NCBI GenBank assembly: GCA_964016885.1
Contig: OZ024742.1
Coordinates: 234,422,001-234,486,000 of the forward strand
DNA length: 64,000 nucleotides
Source of the DNA: Eledone cirrhosa
Lineage: Eukaryota
Direction: 5' to 3'
The position numbers and the translations under genes were made by a program. Shown here in pieces: positions 39,067 to 52,358 of this stretch. Every line of letters starts with the position of its first letter. Within the stretch, counting starts at the first letter, position 1. The notes beneath the pieces were generated by a model. That model was not told the DNA's origin, searched no databases, and worked only from the letters and a program-made list of their open reading frames with translations.

Positions 39067-40077
39067 TGCTTGTAATTTGTTCAGGAGAACATTACAAATA
39101 TAATGTCGTTGATAAACACAAAAAAACTGCAAGGCCCTCTCCTTTACTGAATGGAGAATGACATCCCGACTGATGGAATTGAAAGCATTCCTGAGATCTA
39201 GCTTGAGGATAACCTTGGGGGTTTCAGAAGGCAAGTTGGTAAATGCTCTGGTGGCAAGATAATCTTTATCATGATCAACTAAACTATAGAAAAATTAATT
39301 CATTCTCTGCGGACTTGTTCCTTTGTGTGAATTATAAGCACTTACATAGGTTTTATTTTTCCAAAACTACCGAATCATCACATGAACCTGGGGCTTACTT
39401 GTTGAGAATCTTCACTGATAAGATTTAGAAGAAGCAAGGCGATAGATCTTTTTTTAAATTATATTATCCATGTTTACTTTTCTTTCTTTTTTTTTTTCTC
39501 TTGCTTGTAAATACGTTAACACAGCCCACATGTTGTAAGGATGGTTTAATTACTGCAGTGTTAGTGTTTTAGTGCATGAAAACCAGGTTAACAGAAGAAA
39601 AACATCATCACTAACTGATACCTGTTGTACAATAACTTACACATAGCTAGACAGCTCTGCAGAGAAAGGAATAACTGTATCATCAACACAGATATTGGAT
39701 AACATTTATGAGTAGCAGAGGATTTGGTTTTATAGGAGGAGAGATATATTTTCCACTACATGTTCAGATATGATATTGAAATCTTTTGACTCATCAGCTA
39801 TGTCTTCAAATTTCCTCCAATGCTATCAATGGCTTACTTTTATTTACTTCACTGATGTCCTTGGGAAAATAGATATCATATTTTATTTTCCCCATTTATA
39901 TCTCTCAGACTTTGCTTACAAACAAGAAATTGCACCTCTAAACCACCATCATCATCATTGCCATCATCATCATCATTTTTATGTGTATGGGTGTGAATAT
40001 ATATATATATATATATAGTGACGAAACATAAGTCAATTGCATGAACTCATAATCCTTTATTTACTGCTATATATATA

Positions 40078-42830
40078 TCATCATCGTTTAACGTCCATCT
40101 TCCACGCTAACATGGGTTTGGACCGGAGTTTTCCCACTTGAGGCAAGATTGGTTGTCTTGCTCGTATAGGACTGTCTGGCGGTTTTTCTACGGCTGGATG
40201 CCCTTCCTAACACCAACCACGTTTACAGTGTGGGACTGGGAGGTTTTTACCGTGTTACCTACACGGGCACATTACAGCGTGGACTGTGTGTTTTTTTTTC
40301 GTGACACCTACACGACCTCATTTATTTCGGACTGGATGTTGTGGTACCAACATAACTTTACATCGAAAGGGGTGGTGTGGATGGGGTGGTGGTGGGACGG
40401 GGGGTGTATTTTTGTTAGAGGTGCCTACTGACTGTAGGTTTCACTTTGTACTTAGGCAAGGCGGGTCTTCTGTATTACTGCGTAGTGCCAAAGATCTCGG
40501 TCCAGTAACATTGTCTTGGAGAGGTGTAAGTGTGTGAGGTTGGAATTTATCAAGTCGTCCCAGGTTTTTCTGGGTCTGCCTACTCCGTGGCTACCGTCTA
40601 TTTTGATCAACCTGCACTTTTTTATACAGCTGTCGTCTTTCATGCACATCACGTGACCATACCAACGTAGTCTTCTCTCGAGTAAACAACATCTGATTCC
40701 TCTTATTCCTAATTTCTCCCTTAGTTCATTTATGCTTTGTCGTTCATGTATATTACTATTACACATCCAACGGAGCATGCAAGCTTCGTTCCTCTCCAGT
40801 CTGCGTATATCCTCTGCACACAATGCCCAAGTCTCACTGCCTTGTAACATTGCTGTTCGTATGCAGGCATCATACAGCCTGCCTTTCATTTTTAGAGAGA
40901 ACCCTTTAGCGGCCAATAGTGGTAAAAGCTCCCTGAACTTTTTCCATCCCGTTCTGACTCTAGCTACTGTACTTTCAGAGCACCCTCCACCACTGCTGAT
41001 TTTGTCACCCAAGTAACGGAAGGTGTCCACTATTTCTATAGAACCATCTGTGCAATGGAATGAGCTAGTATTCTGTGGCATCTTGCTGCTACTTATTGCA
41101 CCTGAGCACCAGCCACATATAAAATCTATATTCTTAGTTAGCTTACCTGTGATCCCACTACATCTTTTATGCACCCATACTTTGCATTTGGGACATAAAA
41201 TGGAGTTTCTGTACCCTTGTAGCAGTTAATGATGCTGCTGCTGCGCCAGTCCTTCGGAACGACCCCATTCTGTATGACTTGGTTTACTATCCGGGTGACC
41301 ATAGTGTGTCCCACCGTTCCAGATGCTTTCTGCATTTCAGCAACTATTTCCGAAAGCCCAACCGCCTTGCCCGTCTTCATGTCTTTGATCGCCTTACTTA
41401 TTATACTACCTTCAACTTGCACTGCTGGTCCCTCTATTGGATCGATGTGGGGGAGACTCTTTCTCCCAATTATTCTCCTCATTTAGTAGCCTTTTGTAGT
41501 GACACTTCCAAGCTACCTTCTTATCAGCGTCAGTGATGGCAAGTACACCATCATCATTAAGGACACACTTCTCTCCGACAATATCACGGTTTTCCTTGAC
41601 ACATTGCCTAGCAATCCTGAACACCTCACGTTTTTGGTCCTCGCGTTGTAGAACATGCTTGAACTTTCTTTCCTCTGCTTCCCTTCTTGCGAAGTACACT
41701 TGTCTCCTAGCTTCCCTCCTGGCCACTTGATAGTCTTACTGTTTCACCACCAAGTTACTCTCCTCCTGCCTATAGGTCTGCTCCAGCCACAGGTTTCATC
41801 TGTCGCCTTCAGCAGGTTAGCTTTCAGGAATTCCCACTGTTCCTCTATATTGTACAACTCTAATTGCTCTTCCTTACTATCAAAAGCATCAAGTAATATA
41901 CTTTTAAATTTATTACTGGCTGTGGGGTCCTTTAACTTCCATATTTTTCTCCTGAGGATAGTCCTCTTCTGTTGCCGAGTACGTCTCGTCCTGACTATGA
42001 GGTCGCTAATTATGAGTCTATGTTGAGAGGTGCATTCTTCATGGGGGAGGGATTTAGTGTTTACAACAGACACTCTGTCACATCTTCTGTTAAGGATATA
42101 ATCTACCTGACTGGTGTGTTCCCCTGATCTATAGGTGATCAAGTGATTGTCTCGTTTTTTGAAGTTAGTGTTACAGATAGTTAGGTTATTTGCATCACAG
42201 AATTCCAGGATTCTGGAGCCTTCTTCATTTCTAGTACCAAACCCATAGTCTCCATGGATTCCATCATAGCCGTCACAATGTTGTCCAACGTGACCATTTA
42301 GGTCGCCAGCGATAACTATGTAGTCACTGTCGGTTATTTGGGAGGTAGTGAGCATTAACGTCTCATAGAATCTGTCTTTTATAACGCCAGGCAGTCCGGA
42401 TTGTGGTGCATATGCAGATATTATTGTCACAGTAGTTCTATTGAGGACAAGTCTTATTTTAATTATTCTGTCATTCACTCTATTTACGTCTATTATTTTA
42501 TCTGCTCACTTTTCTGCTACCATGATTCCTACTCCACCCAGCCCATTGTCATTCACACCCAGAAAAGCTTATAGCATCGTTCTTTACCCACAATGAATCT
42601 AGCAGACCCACCCCTCCACCTGGTCTCTTGAATACAGCAAACATCGACCTCCTTACGTTCAAGCACTTCTACAACCTCGTTAGAGCGACCTTTTAAGGTA
42701 CCTACATTCATGGTACCAACTCTGAAGTTTTGGATTGCGTTTGGAGGGTGGGAACAGTGGGGCGCAGGGGGTGGGGTGGTGAGGGAGATGGGGTTATGTT
42801 AGCCATCCGCGGCCGAAATAAAGAGGAGGA
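40078..42830 (-). mobile_element. RTE LINE (subfamily 2), near full 5' end but RT core deleted
   Basis: APE region 42730-41980 (frameshifted); junction at ~41210 joins NCYKG to RNSILC (~690 bp missing relative to 4612-5305); second ~67-bp deletion at ~41737. Confidence 0.9.
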
Positions 42831-42831
42831 G

Positions 42832-43616
42832 TCCTTACATAGCAATTTCTGTCTATTTGTGTGTGTTTGTGAACCTAAAACTCCAAAACTACCAAACCGA
42901 TCTTGATGAAATTTTATACATGTGTGGGGCTCATGCCCATTTGATTTCTTACGTATATTTCATTTTAATCAAAGGGTTCCCCGGGGGCTCAAACCCCCAT
43001 TGAAAATTTATTCCCTTCGATTTATATGAAATTTAAACCATAGGTAAATGACAAGATATGATGCCTATTCACAAAACTTCAGCAAATTTCAATAATATTA
43101 AGACACCCTAATGGGGGTTCAACCGCCTATAGTGAACATTTTGGCCAATAAATGGAACAAGATTTCATGAACTCCTCCTATGGTTTTGGAGATAGACCCC
43201 CATAACCATATATATTCTGAAACTACATTGCCCAGGGTACTTCGATAAGTATATTTCATTTTAATCAAAGCGTTCCCCGGGGGTACAAAACCCCTGCTGA
43301 AAATTTTTTCCCTTCAATTTATAAAATTTAAACCATAGGCAAATGACAAGATATGATGCCTATTCACAAAAGTTTTGAATTGATATTTTGAAAAAAATAT
43401 CAATATATAGAAGAAACAAAATAAGAGTAAGATTTAATGTAATTTTTGATTTGATATATTACAAAAAATAATGTTTTCCAATTTTTCATGCATTACATTT
43501 TACAATATTGAAATGCAGAGTTTTTCTCCATAAATTATATCACTGATTTAAAATCAATCATCATTTTCTTACAAAAAAATGTGTGAAACGCAGCAAGGCA
43601 CGGGTAATTCGGCTAG
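42832..43616 (+). mobile_element. Non-autonomous Helitron
   Basis: 5' TC..TCTGTCTATTTGTGTGTG..AAACCGATCTTGATGAAATT; 3' GCAAGGCACGGGTAATTCGG-CTAG|T; internal duplication. Confidence 0.65.
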
Positions 43617-43648
<32 letters not shown>

Positions 43649-43775
43649 GAAGTTCTATTTAAATTGTTGGGATACAACAAGCAAATATTTTTATAACTGA
43701 TATAAAGCACTCAATTATTGGAGTAAAAATACGATATATTAACAAATGGAAACTATATTTATAAAACCATATTTA

Positions 43776-43836
43776 TTTCATTATACATATTTCAAGGACA
43801 CCAAGTTAAATTATGGTGCGCTTTCATCAGATAAAA
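43776..43836 (-). ncRNA. Type I hammerhead (family 2)
   Basis: Mirror copy of 44001-44061. Confidence 0.65.
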
Positions 43837-44000
43837 TATAATATAGATCAGTTTTATAAATAAGTATTGACATACCCTTAAAAAAATGCGACCATTTCTG
43901 TTGGAAGCTCCCGGATAGTCTATCCGGGAGCTTCCAACAGAAATGGTCGTATTCTTTAAGGGTATGTCAATATTTATTTATAAAACTGATCTATATTATA

Positions 44001-44061
44001 TTTTATCTGATGAAAGCGCACCATAATTTAACTTGGTGTCCTTGAAATATGTATAATGAAA
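44001..44061 (+). ncRNA. Type I hammerhead (family 2)
   Basis: TTTTAT-CTGATGA-AAGCGCACCA..TGGTGTCCTT-GAAA-T ATGT A-TA-ATGAAA, then AATAAA; AUA triplet. Confidence 0.65.
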
Positions 44062-44160
44062 TAAATATGGTTTTATAAATATAGTTTCCATTTGTTAATA
44101 TATCGTATATATATGTGTGTGTATCCCAAGTTCAATCAGGGGTAACCACAGTAAGTAAGG

Positions 44161-44340
44161 TACTCAATACATAGCAGAGTATAAATATTTAATATAGAAA
44201 TGGGTTCTACAGGACTAGAACTGTTTCATTCAAAGGAAATCATCAGGGGCTTTCCTGATGATTTCCTTCGAATGAAACCGTTCTAGTCCTGTAGAAGCCA
44301 TTTCTATATTAAATATTCATACTCTGCTATGTATTGAGTA
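44161..44340. repeat. Fold-back palindrome of a family-A-related pLTR end containing two opposed hammerheads
   Basis: 44161-44247 vs 44254-44340, 6-nt spacer; plus-strand motif 44248-44299 has stem I GGCTT(T)C/GAAGCC. Confidence 0.9.
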
Positions 44341-44579
44341 TATATATATATATATACCCCGTTATTTTTCCTCTGTTCTCTTTTCTTTTTGTTTTCTTCT
44401 TTTTCTTTATCTATCTCTCCCTTTCTTTTCTCCACGTTTCTCTCTCTCCATCCTTTTACTTACTCTTAACACTATGACTTACTAAAGTAAACAAATCACT
44501 ATCCTGATGGCCTCCAAAAACAACGGTCAATTTTTAAAAGGGGTACGTCAATGTCTATTTATAAAACTGTTATATTGTA

Positions 44580-44640
44580 TTTTGTCTGATGAAGGCATAC
44601 CATAATGTAACTTGGTATCCTTGAAATATATATAATGAAA
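44580..44640 (+). ncRNA. Type I hammerhead (family 2, diverged copy)
   Basis: TTTTGT-CTGATGA-AGGCATACCA..TGGTATCCTT-GAAA-TATATA-TA-ATGAAA; stem II substitutions preserve pairing. Confidence 0.65.
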
Positions 44641-44701
44641 TAAATATGGTTTTATAAATATAGTTTCCATTTATTAATATCGTATATATATATATATATA
44701 T

Positions 44702-45260
44702 AGTTTTAATATAGATGAGATTCTACAGGACTAGAACTGTTTCATTCTTTAGAAATCATCAGGAATCTGGGTATCAAAAAATAAATATGGTATTTATAGG
44801 TCTCTACAAATGGTAGGAGAGGGTGAGGAGTGGGATGGGTGTAGGTCATTGGTTGATAGAAAAGGAATTCATTAAAAGCTAATTCTACAAAGCTATAGTT
44901 TATTTTTATTAATTTTTGTTTTTAGTAACAAAGGCAGACAGAATTCTATAAACAGGTTCCGGATGGCATACCATTCCTTGTCATTAAGTTTCTCTTAAGC
45001 TAACAGATGTCTATAAGATCAGTGGGGGGTCAGTCATGGTAGATAGAATTAAAGGAAAGGGAGATTCTTTAAAAGCTAAATTCATTAAGGTTCTACTAAG
45101 TGACAAAGGTTTAGAGAATTCTGTAGACAGATTCAAAATACTGAGTGCATATCTTACAATTATCTTCGAACTTCTCTTAAACTAATCAACTATATGCCAA
45201 AAATCAACAGACACATTCACAAAAAAACACACTCACTCACACACTCGCGCGCAACCATAA
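44702..45260 (-). mobile_element. Penelope A pLTR, inverted copy (hammerhead 44718-44768)
   Basis: Near-identical to 7112-7680 and to the reverse complement of 53930-54490. Confidence 0.8.
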
Positions 45261-45334
45261 ACACACATACACATACACATATACACACATAAAAACACAC
45301 ACACATATATAAATATATTTATATATATATATAT

Positions 45335-45377
<43 letters not shown>

Positions 45378-45561
45378 TACATATATATACACACACATAT
45401 ATACACATATATATACACTCACACACATACATACATACACACAAATATACATGTGTATACAAATACATATACACATACATATATATATATACACATATAT
45501 ATAATACATACATATACACACACATATATATATATATACATATACACACACATACACACAA

Positions 45562-45599
<38 letters not shown>

Positions 45600-45638
45600 A
45601 AACAAATATATACATATACATACACACACACATACACA

Positions 45639-46041
45639 TGGTGGCTGCCAACTCGTTTTCGAGTACGGCCACTACTTTATATCCATGTAGGAGAACCCCT
45701 ACCGATGCGCTGAACGAATGTGACTTTTTAGTCCAGCCAGCGACTTGAAAACTCTGGTACAAAGACTACACTTGTGACCATTATTGACACATAGTGCAGG
45801 GCCCATGGTACCATGTGATGACAAGTGCAGAGAGATCTCCAGATATAAAGCAATGCCTGTGCTGTGAAGCTTTTATAGTGAGCAAGGCACTGCACAAAGC
45901 CAGTCCCACTCTCTTAACCAAGATGATATTTACCAAAAAGAAGAACAAGTCAACATCATTGGATACCATCAGGGTTGCAGGTGTTATATCAGAGTTTTCC
46001 TTCTCCTAGAATTCTGCCTTGACAAAGGCTAAGGGGTCATC
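45639..46041 (-). mobile_element. 5'-truncated copy of the short element at 47738-48374
   Basis: Reverse complement of ~47945-48374 with scattered substitutions. Confidence 0.8.
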
Positions 46042-46090
46042 ACATACACATACATATATATATATACACACACACACACACATATACACA

Positions 46091-47501
46091 TCCACACTCG
46101 CTTCCTGCAACTCGACATAGAAAACTACTATGCCTCTATCTCGGAGCCCCTCCTGAAGGACGCAATTAACTTTGCCAGGAATTTTACCACCATTACCGAT
46201 GCTGAGCAAGTTGTTATCCTCCACGCTCGTAAGACCTTTCTATACCACGATGGATCTTACTGGATCAACAAGAAATCTCAGACCCCATTTGACGTAAGCA
46301 TGGGGGCGAGTGACTCGGCTGAAATTAGCGACCTTGTGGGCCTGTACATCCTACATCACCTGAAGAACCTCTTTACCGGCCTAACGGGAGGTTTATACCG
46401 AGACGACGGCCTCTTCGCCCTGCATAAGGTTAACCCCAGAACCACCGATGGGTTTCGGAAAAACTTAAGCTCTTTCTTCTCTAATCTAGGATTTAGTATA
46501 ACTATAGAATCTAATTTGACTAGGGCCAACTTCTTAGATGTCACTCTCGACCTAGATACTTCCCTCTATTACCCGTACCACAAACCTAACGAGTCCCTTA
46601 AATATATTAATGTTAATTCAAACCACCCCCAAAACATCACTGATAACCTAGTAAAAAGCGTCTCTATTAGAATATCTGGCCTCTCCGCCAACAAAGATAT
46701 TTTTAATGCATCTGCCTCCTACTACAATGACGCCCTCGCCCGTAGCGGATTTAAAGATAAGATAACTTACCTAGAAACCACCGCAAGATTGCAGAGGAGG
46801 AATAGACATAGGCAGATTAGCTGGTACAACCCTCCCTTCAATAGAGAGGTATCTACTCCGATAGCTAGGATTTTCTTCACTTTGCTGAAATTACACTTCC
46901 CCATACAACATAGGTACCACACCATCTTTAATAAGAACACAATAAGACTGTCTTACTCCACCACACACTAACCTAGCTAGGAATATAGCCAACCACAATT
47001 CTAAAAAATTAAATAAGCCAACCACCTCCGAACCCAATCCCCGGACTGGGGCTCTATGTAATTGCCTAAATAAGGAAGCATGCCCACTTGAAAACAAATG
47101 CCTCACAAATGATATCGTATACACATGCGATGTCATCTCAGGCACCGAGGATTGCAAAAAAACTTACATCAGCATGACCTCCAACAACTTTAAGACCCGT
47201 TGGTATGCCCATACCCACTCCTTCAGAAGACCGAACAAATCAAATCAGACAACACTCGGCTCCTACGTTTGGGACCTCAAAAGGAACTCCACCCCCTTCA
47301 CGCTTAAATGGAAAATACTCCAGAAAGCGCGCTCTTACAACGGAGGACAAGGGCTGCGACCTTTGTATTTCAGAGAGCTACAAAATTTTATTTGCCAAGG
47401 GTCCACTACTGAACAAACTCTCTGAACACTGCCCGAACTGCATGCACAAGAACTTTGCAACTTTCAGACACTTTAAGCCAGTGTTAAAGCCCGATGGCTA
47501 A
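46091..47501 (+). pseudogene. Penelope-like element A: RT (C-terminal part) + GIY-YIG
   Basis: LQLDIENYYASI, FDVSMG, YRDDG, NFLDVTLDL, SNHP, WYNPPF, then a frameshifted GIY-YIG domain. Confidence 0.92.
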
Positions 47502-47737
47502 AAATGACCTCCCCCTATTGGCCCCTATACCTCCTTCCCGCCCTACCCCCACCCCTCCTCAACGTGAAATACGGTCACTATGGTTATGTGAGTACCTCTT
47601 TCCTATCTACATTTTCTGCCTGTAGAGGTGTTTTTATGTGCCTGCGTATATGCGTATATTTATTGAGTACTTATTTATTTGTATGTGTATATATTTGTGT
47701 GTATGTGTGTATATGTATGTGTATGTATATATATATG

Positions 47738-48374
47738 TCAGGTCACCAGTTGGTGCTACTGGTAACATGTATCCCAGTACAACCTGTCTCATGGTCGGGT
47801 CGTTGGCGACTAAACTGGCAACCCCACCAAGGTTTCTTGGTGAGGAGGGTGACTTTGGACATCCTGCAGGACTAAAAACAAAACCTGTCAAAGGGGCAAA
47901 GGAGCTCTTAAGAGTCAATGGCCATCCAAAATCACCGGGAGAGATGACCCCTTTAGCCTTAGTCAAGGCAGAATTCTAGGAGAAGGAAAACTCTGATATA
48001 ACACCTGCAACCCTGATGGTATCCAATGATGTTGACTTGTTCTTCTTTTTGGTAAATATCATCTTGGTTAAGAGAGTGGGACTGGCTTTGTGCAGTGCCT
48101 TTGCTCACTATAAAAGCTTCACGGCACAGGCATTGCTTTATATCTGGAGATCTCTCTGCACTTGTCCTCACATGGACCCAGCACTATGTGTCAATAATTG
48201 TCCTACCATGGGCCTAGCACTATGTGTCAATAGTTGTCACAGGTGTAGTGTTTGTACCAGAGGTTTCAAGTCGCTGGCTGGACTAAAAAGTCACACTCGT
48301 TCAGCGCTTCGGTAGGGGTTATCCTACATGGATGTAAAGTAGTGGCCGTACTCGAAAACGAGTTGGCAGCCACC
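47738..48374 (+). mobile_element. Short non-autonomous retroelement ending in a C2H2-finger-coding LINE 3' end
   Basis: 3' end encodes [19 protein letters not shown]; second copy at 45639-46041; flanked by microsatellite. Confidence 0.55.
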
Positions 48375-48436
48375 ATGTATATATATATATCTATGTGTGT
48401 ATATGTGTTTTATGTGTGTATATTTATGTATGTATA

Positions 48437-48473
<37 letters not shown>

Positions 48474-48508
48474 ATATATGTGTATGTATGTGTATGTGTA
48501 TGTATGTA

Positions 48509-48553
<45 letters not shown>

Positions 48554-48601
48554 ATGTGTGTATGTGTGTGTGTGTGTATATATATATGTGTGTGTGTGCA
48601 G

Positions 48602-48639
<38 letters not shown>

Positions 48640-48802
48640 ATATATGTGCGTGAGAGAGAGTGTGTGTATATATATTTGTGTGTGTGTGTGTATGTGTGTA
48701 TGCGTGTATATATATATATATATGTATATTTGTGTGTATATATGCGTATATATGTTTGTATATATGTGTATATTTATGTATATGTCTGTGTATGTATGTG
48801 TA

Positions 48803-48853
<51 letters not shown>

Positions 48854-48934
48854 GCATGTGCATGTGTGTGTGTGTCTGTGTGTATATATGTGTATATGTG
48901 TGTGTATATGTATGTATGTATATGTATATATGTG

Positions 48935-48979
<45 letters not shown>

Positions 48980-49123
48980 ATATGTATATATGTATATATA
49001 TTTGTATATGTATGTATGTATGTATGTGTGTATGTATGTGTGTGTGTGTGTGTGTGTATATGTATATATGTGTATATATATTGTGTGTGTGTGTATGTGT
49101 ATATATATGTGTATATGTATATT

Positions 49124-49193
<70 letters not shown>

Positions 49194-49194
49194 C

Positions 49195-51063
49195 AAAAAC
49201 TCCGTAGCAACTTAACAGAGTATGATAACACCAATGACATCATGGCGCATTCGGATAAAACTGGGAACCTATACTTTGTCAACCCAGACAGATACCACAC
49301 ACTGATCAGGAGCAGCCTAAACTCCACCTATAAAAAGGCCAACCACTCATGCCTCGAGGACATTAATTGAGATGGACAACAAATTACCTCTAGCCTCGGG
49401 GTCGCCGACCGCACCGAACCCCTAGACCCACGGACACCCTACTTTACACTGAAGGACCACAAATCTGATTTCGACTGTAAACCTTCTATCAGGCTTATAA
49501 ACCCAACAAAGTCTGACATAGGGAGAATCAGCAAAAAAATCCTAGACCGCGTGATACCTAAAGTCAAGCAACACGCCCGACTTAGCCTATGGATTAACAC
49601 CCAGGAAGTCGTCTCATGGTTCAGCAATTTGGAGGATAAACGAGACACTAAATTTATCCAGTTCGACATAGAGAGCTACTACGCTTCAATCACCTTACCG
49701 CTACTCACTGCCGCCTTGGACTTCGCCGAAGCACTTGTGCCCTTCACCGACCAGGAAAAAAAAATCATCCTCCACGCCAGGAAGACAGTCTTATTCTTTG
49801 ACAACTCCAAATGGATAAAAAGAGCTCCCGACTCACCCTTCGACGTCAGCATGGGCGCTACCGACTCGGCGGAGGACACAGATCTTATAGGATTATTCCT
49901 GATAGCCAAACTCACCGATATGTTTCCCGGCTTTTGGTGGTGGATTGTACCGTGATGATGGGCTCCTTACCCTTAAAGGGTGCAACCCCAGTAGTACAGA
50001 CCGGGTCCGTAAACAATTAATCAGCTTCTTCCGCGACTGGGGATTTAAAATAACCCTACAGACGTCCCTGACCCGAGTTAATTTCCTGGACGTTACCCTC
50101 GATCTCAACAATGACCTGTACTACCCATACAGGAAACCCAATGACAACCTGCACTACTTCCACCGCCGATCTAACCATCCCAGGAACATCACCAACAACC
50201 TGGTCAAAAACATCTCCCTCCGTATATCCCGTTTGTCAGCTAATGAGAGGATATTCGATGAACACGCGCCTTACTACAACCAGGCCCTCAAGCGGAGCGG
50301 TTTCCGGGAGGAAATATCCTACTGTCCAGCTCCCATTAGCGGAACCAGCAGGCGACACCGCCGCTCACAAAATGTAACATGGTTCAATCCTCCCCACAAC
50401 GCCGAGGTGACAACTCCCATCGGGAAAATTTTCTTTAGGCTCATGGAAAAACACTTCCCACCACAACACCGCTACCACAACATAATTAACAAAAATACCA
50501 TCAAACTCTCTTACAGCACTACACCTAACTTCGCACAAAACATCGTCTCCTCCAACAACAAAAAACTCAACCCCGATGGAAGGAACAACCCAAATAGCAG
50601 TGGAGAGCCGACCAGGAGGTGCAACTGTCCTGATAGATCAAGTTGCCCCCTCGACAACAGATGCAGAGGCCGTAATGTGATCTACCAGTGCAACGTGAGC
50701 ACGGACACCTCCAACAAAGCTTATATAGGATTGACCGCATGCGACTTCAAGACCCGGCTATACCAACACAGACATACCTTCCGAAACCCGGCCCGGCGTC
50801 ACGCCACCACACTTTCGGGCCACATATGGGACCTCAAGGACAACAACATCAACTATGATCTCACTTGGAAATTACTGTCCAGAGCCAACTCCTACACAGG
50901 AGGACGCCATCCGTGCAATTTATGCTCGGAGGAAACATTACAAATGCTGTTTTCGACGGACCAACTCCTGAACAAGAAAGATGAACTGGTTACTGCATGT
51001 AAACACCGATTACGTAGGACTTACCTCGCCCTCAAACCCCATAATGACCCGGGGGGCGGGTAG
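49195..51063 (+). pseudogene. Penelope-like element B: RT + GIY-YIG
   Basis: SDKTGN, TLKDHK, RLINP, FDIESYY, YRDDG, CNC..CPL..C, VIYQC..AYIGLT..FKTRLYQH; stop at 49368 and frameshift ~49935. Confidence 0.93.
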
Positions 51064-51640
51064 CCTATAACACCCCACTTGCCTATTTTGTAATGGGTAA
51101 CCCCTGCTTGCCTATGGAGACGTAAGATCTTCCTTTACACTTTTTTTTATCGATCCAGTATCTCTTTCTTCTTTTTCCCTTTTCCCTTTTCTCCCTTTTT
51201 CCTGTATTAATTTTCCGTTCTTTATTTTTAATTCGTACGACTTTTCATGTAGCTTGTATAAGACATTTTGTATAAGACATTTTGTAGCACCAGAATTTTT
51301 TTGCGGGACCCTGAATTACATTCTCGTACTAGTCTACTTTCTTGCACTGGGTGGTTGCTGGCCCGGTGTTTGGGGTAGAAACCGTTATTTATTTATTTTT
51401 TTCGTGGTGGTCTCTGTAGTATTCCGACCCCCCCCCTCTGTTGACCCGTCACCGTACGATACACGCACTTATACCCCGCATAAGGGTCCCTTTATCTCCG
51501 TCACACCTAGGTTTTTTTTCTATCATTATCATTTGTTTTCTTATTCTTTTTATTCTACATTATATATATATATATATATATTTTTAAAAATCTATCTATC
51601 CATCTTTTTACTCACTTATTTGTTTATTTACTCACTTATG

Positions 51641-52358
51641 TATTTCTTGTGGAATATTATTTACGTATTTCTTATTTACTTATGTGGAATATTACTTATG
51701 TATTTCTTATTTACTTATGTGGAATATTATTTACGTATTTCTTATTTACTTATGTGGAATATTACTTATGTATTTCTTATTTACTTATGTGGAATATTAT
51801 TCAGGTATTTCTTATTTACTTATGTGGAATATTCTTTATGTATTTCTTATTTACTTATGTGGAATATTATTTATGTATTTCTTATTTACTTATGTGGAAT
51901 ATTATTTTTGTATTTCTTATTTACTTATGTGGAATATTATTTATGTATTTCTTATTTACTTATGTGGAATATTATTTTTGTATTTCTTATTTACTTATGT
52001 GGAATATTATTTTTGTATTTCTTATTTACTTATGTGGAATATTATTTATGTATTTCTTATTTACTTATGTGGAATATTATTTTTGTATTTCTTATTTACT
52101 TATGTGGAATATTATTTATGTATTTCTTATTTACTTATGTGGAATATTATTCATGTATTTCTTATTTACTTATGTGGAATATTCTTTATGTATTTCTTAT
52201 TTACTTATGTGGAATATTATTTTTGTATTTCTTATTTACTTATGTGGAATATTCTTTATGTATTTCTTATTTACTTATGTGGAATATTATTTTTGTATTT
52301 CTTATTTACTTATGTGGAATATTATTTATGTATTTCTTATTTACTTATTTATGTATTT
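51641..52358. repeat. 35-bp minisatellite (~20 units) in the Penelope B 3' region
   Basis: Unit TATTTCTTATTTACTTATGTGGAATATTATTTATG. Confidence 0.97.

Larger units (their letters stand above)
36780..39250 (-). mobile_element. Fragmented CRE-like (RLE) non-LTR retrotransposon remnants
   Basis: ILKLDLRNAFNSISRD (39250-39120) and C-terminal GPLTIRFLSSL...SGDAYERAWLFQ..GNIAS (36915-36790), collinear on the minus strand. Confidence 0.6.
43729..44108. repeat. Fold-back palindrome, ~190-bp arms, centre 43919
   Basis: ...GAAGCTCCCGGATAG T CTATCCGGGAGCTTC...; few mismatches. Confidence 0.95.

Noticed and set aside
47738-47830. Possible HDV-like ribozyme (CCAGT...ACC TGTCTCAT GGT...GG..CTAA ACTGG)
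   Set aside because: P2, P3 and J4/2-like parts are visible but I could not assemble a convincing P1/P1.1
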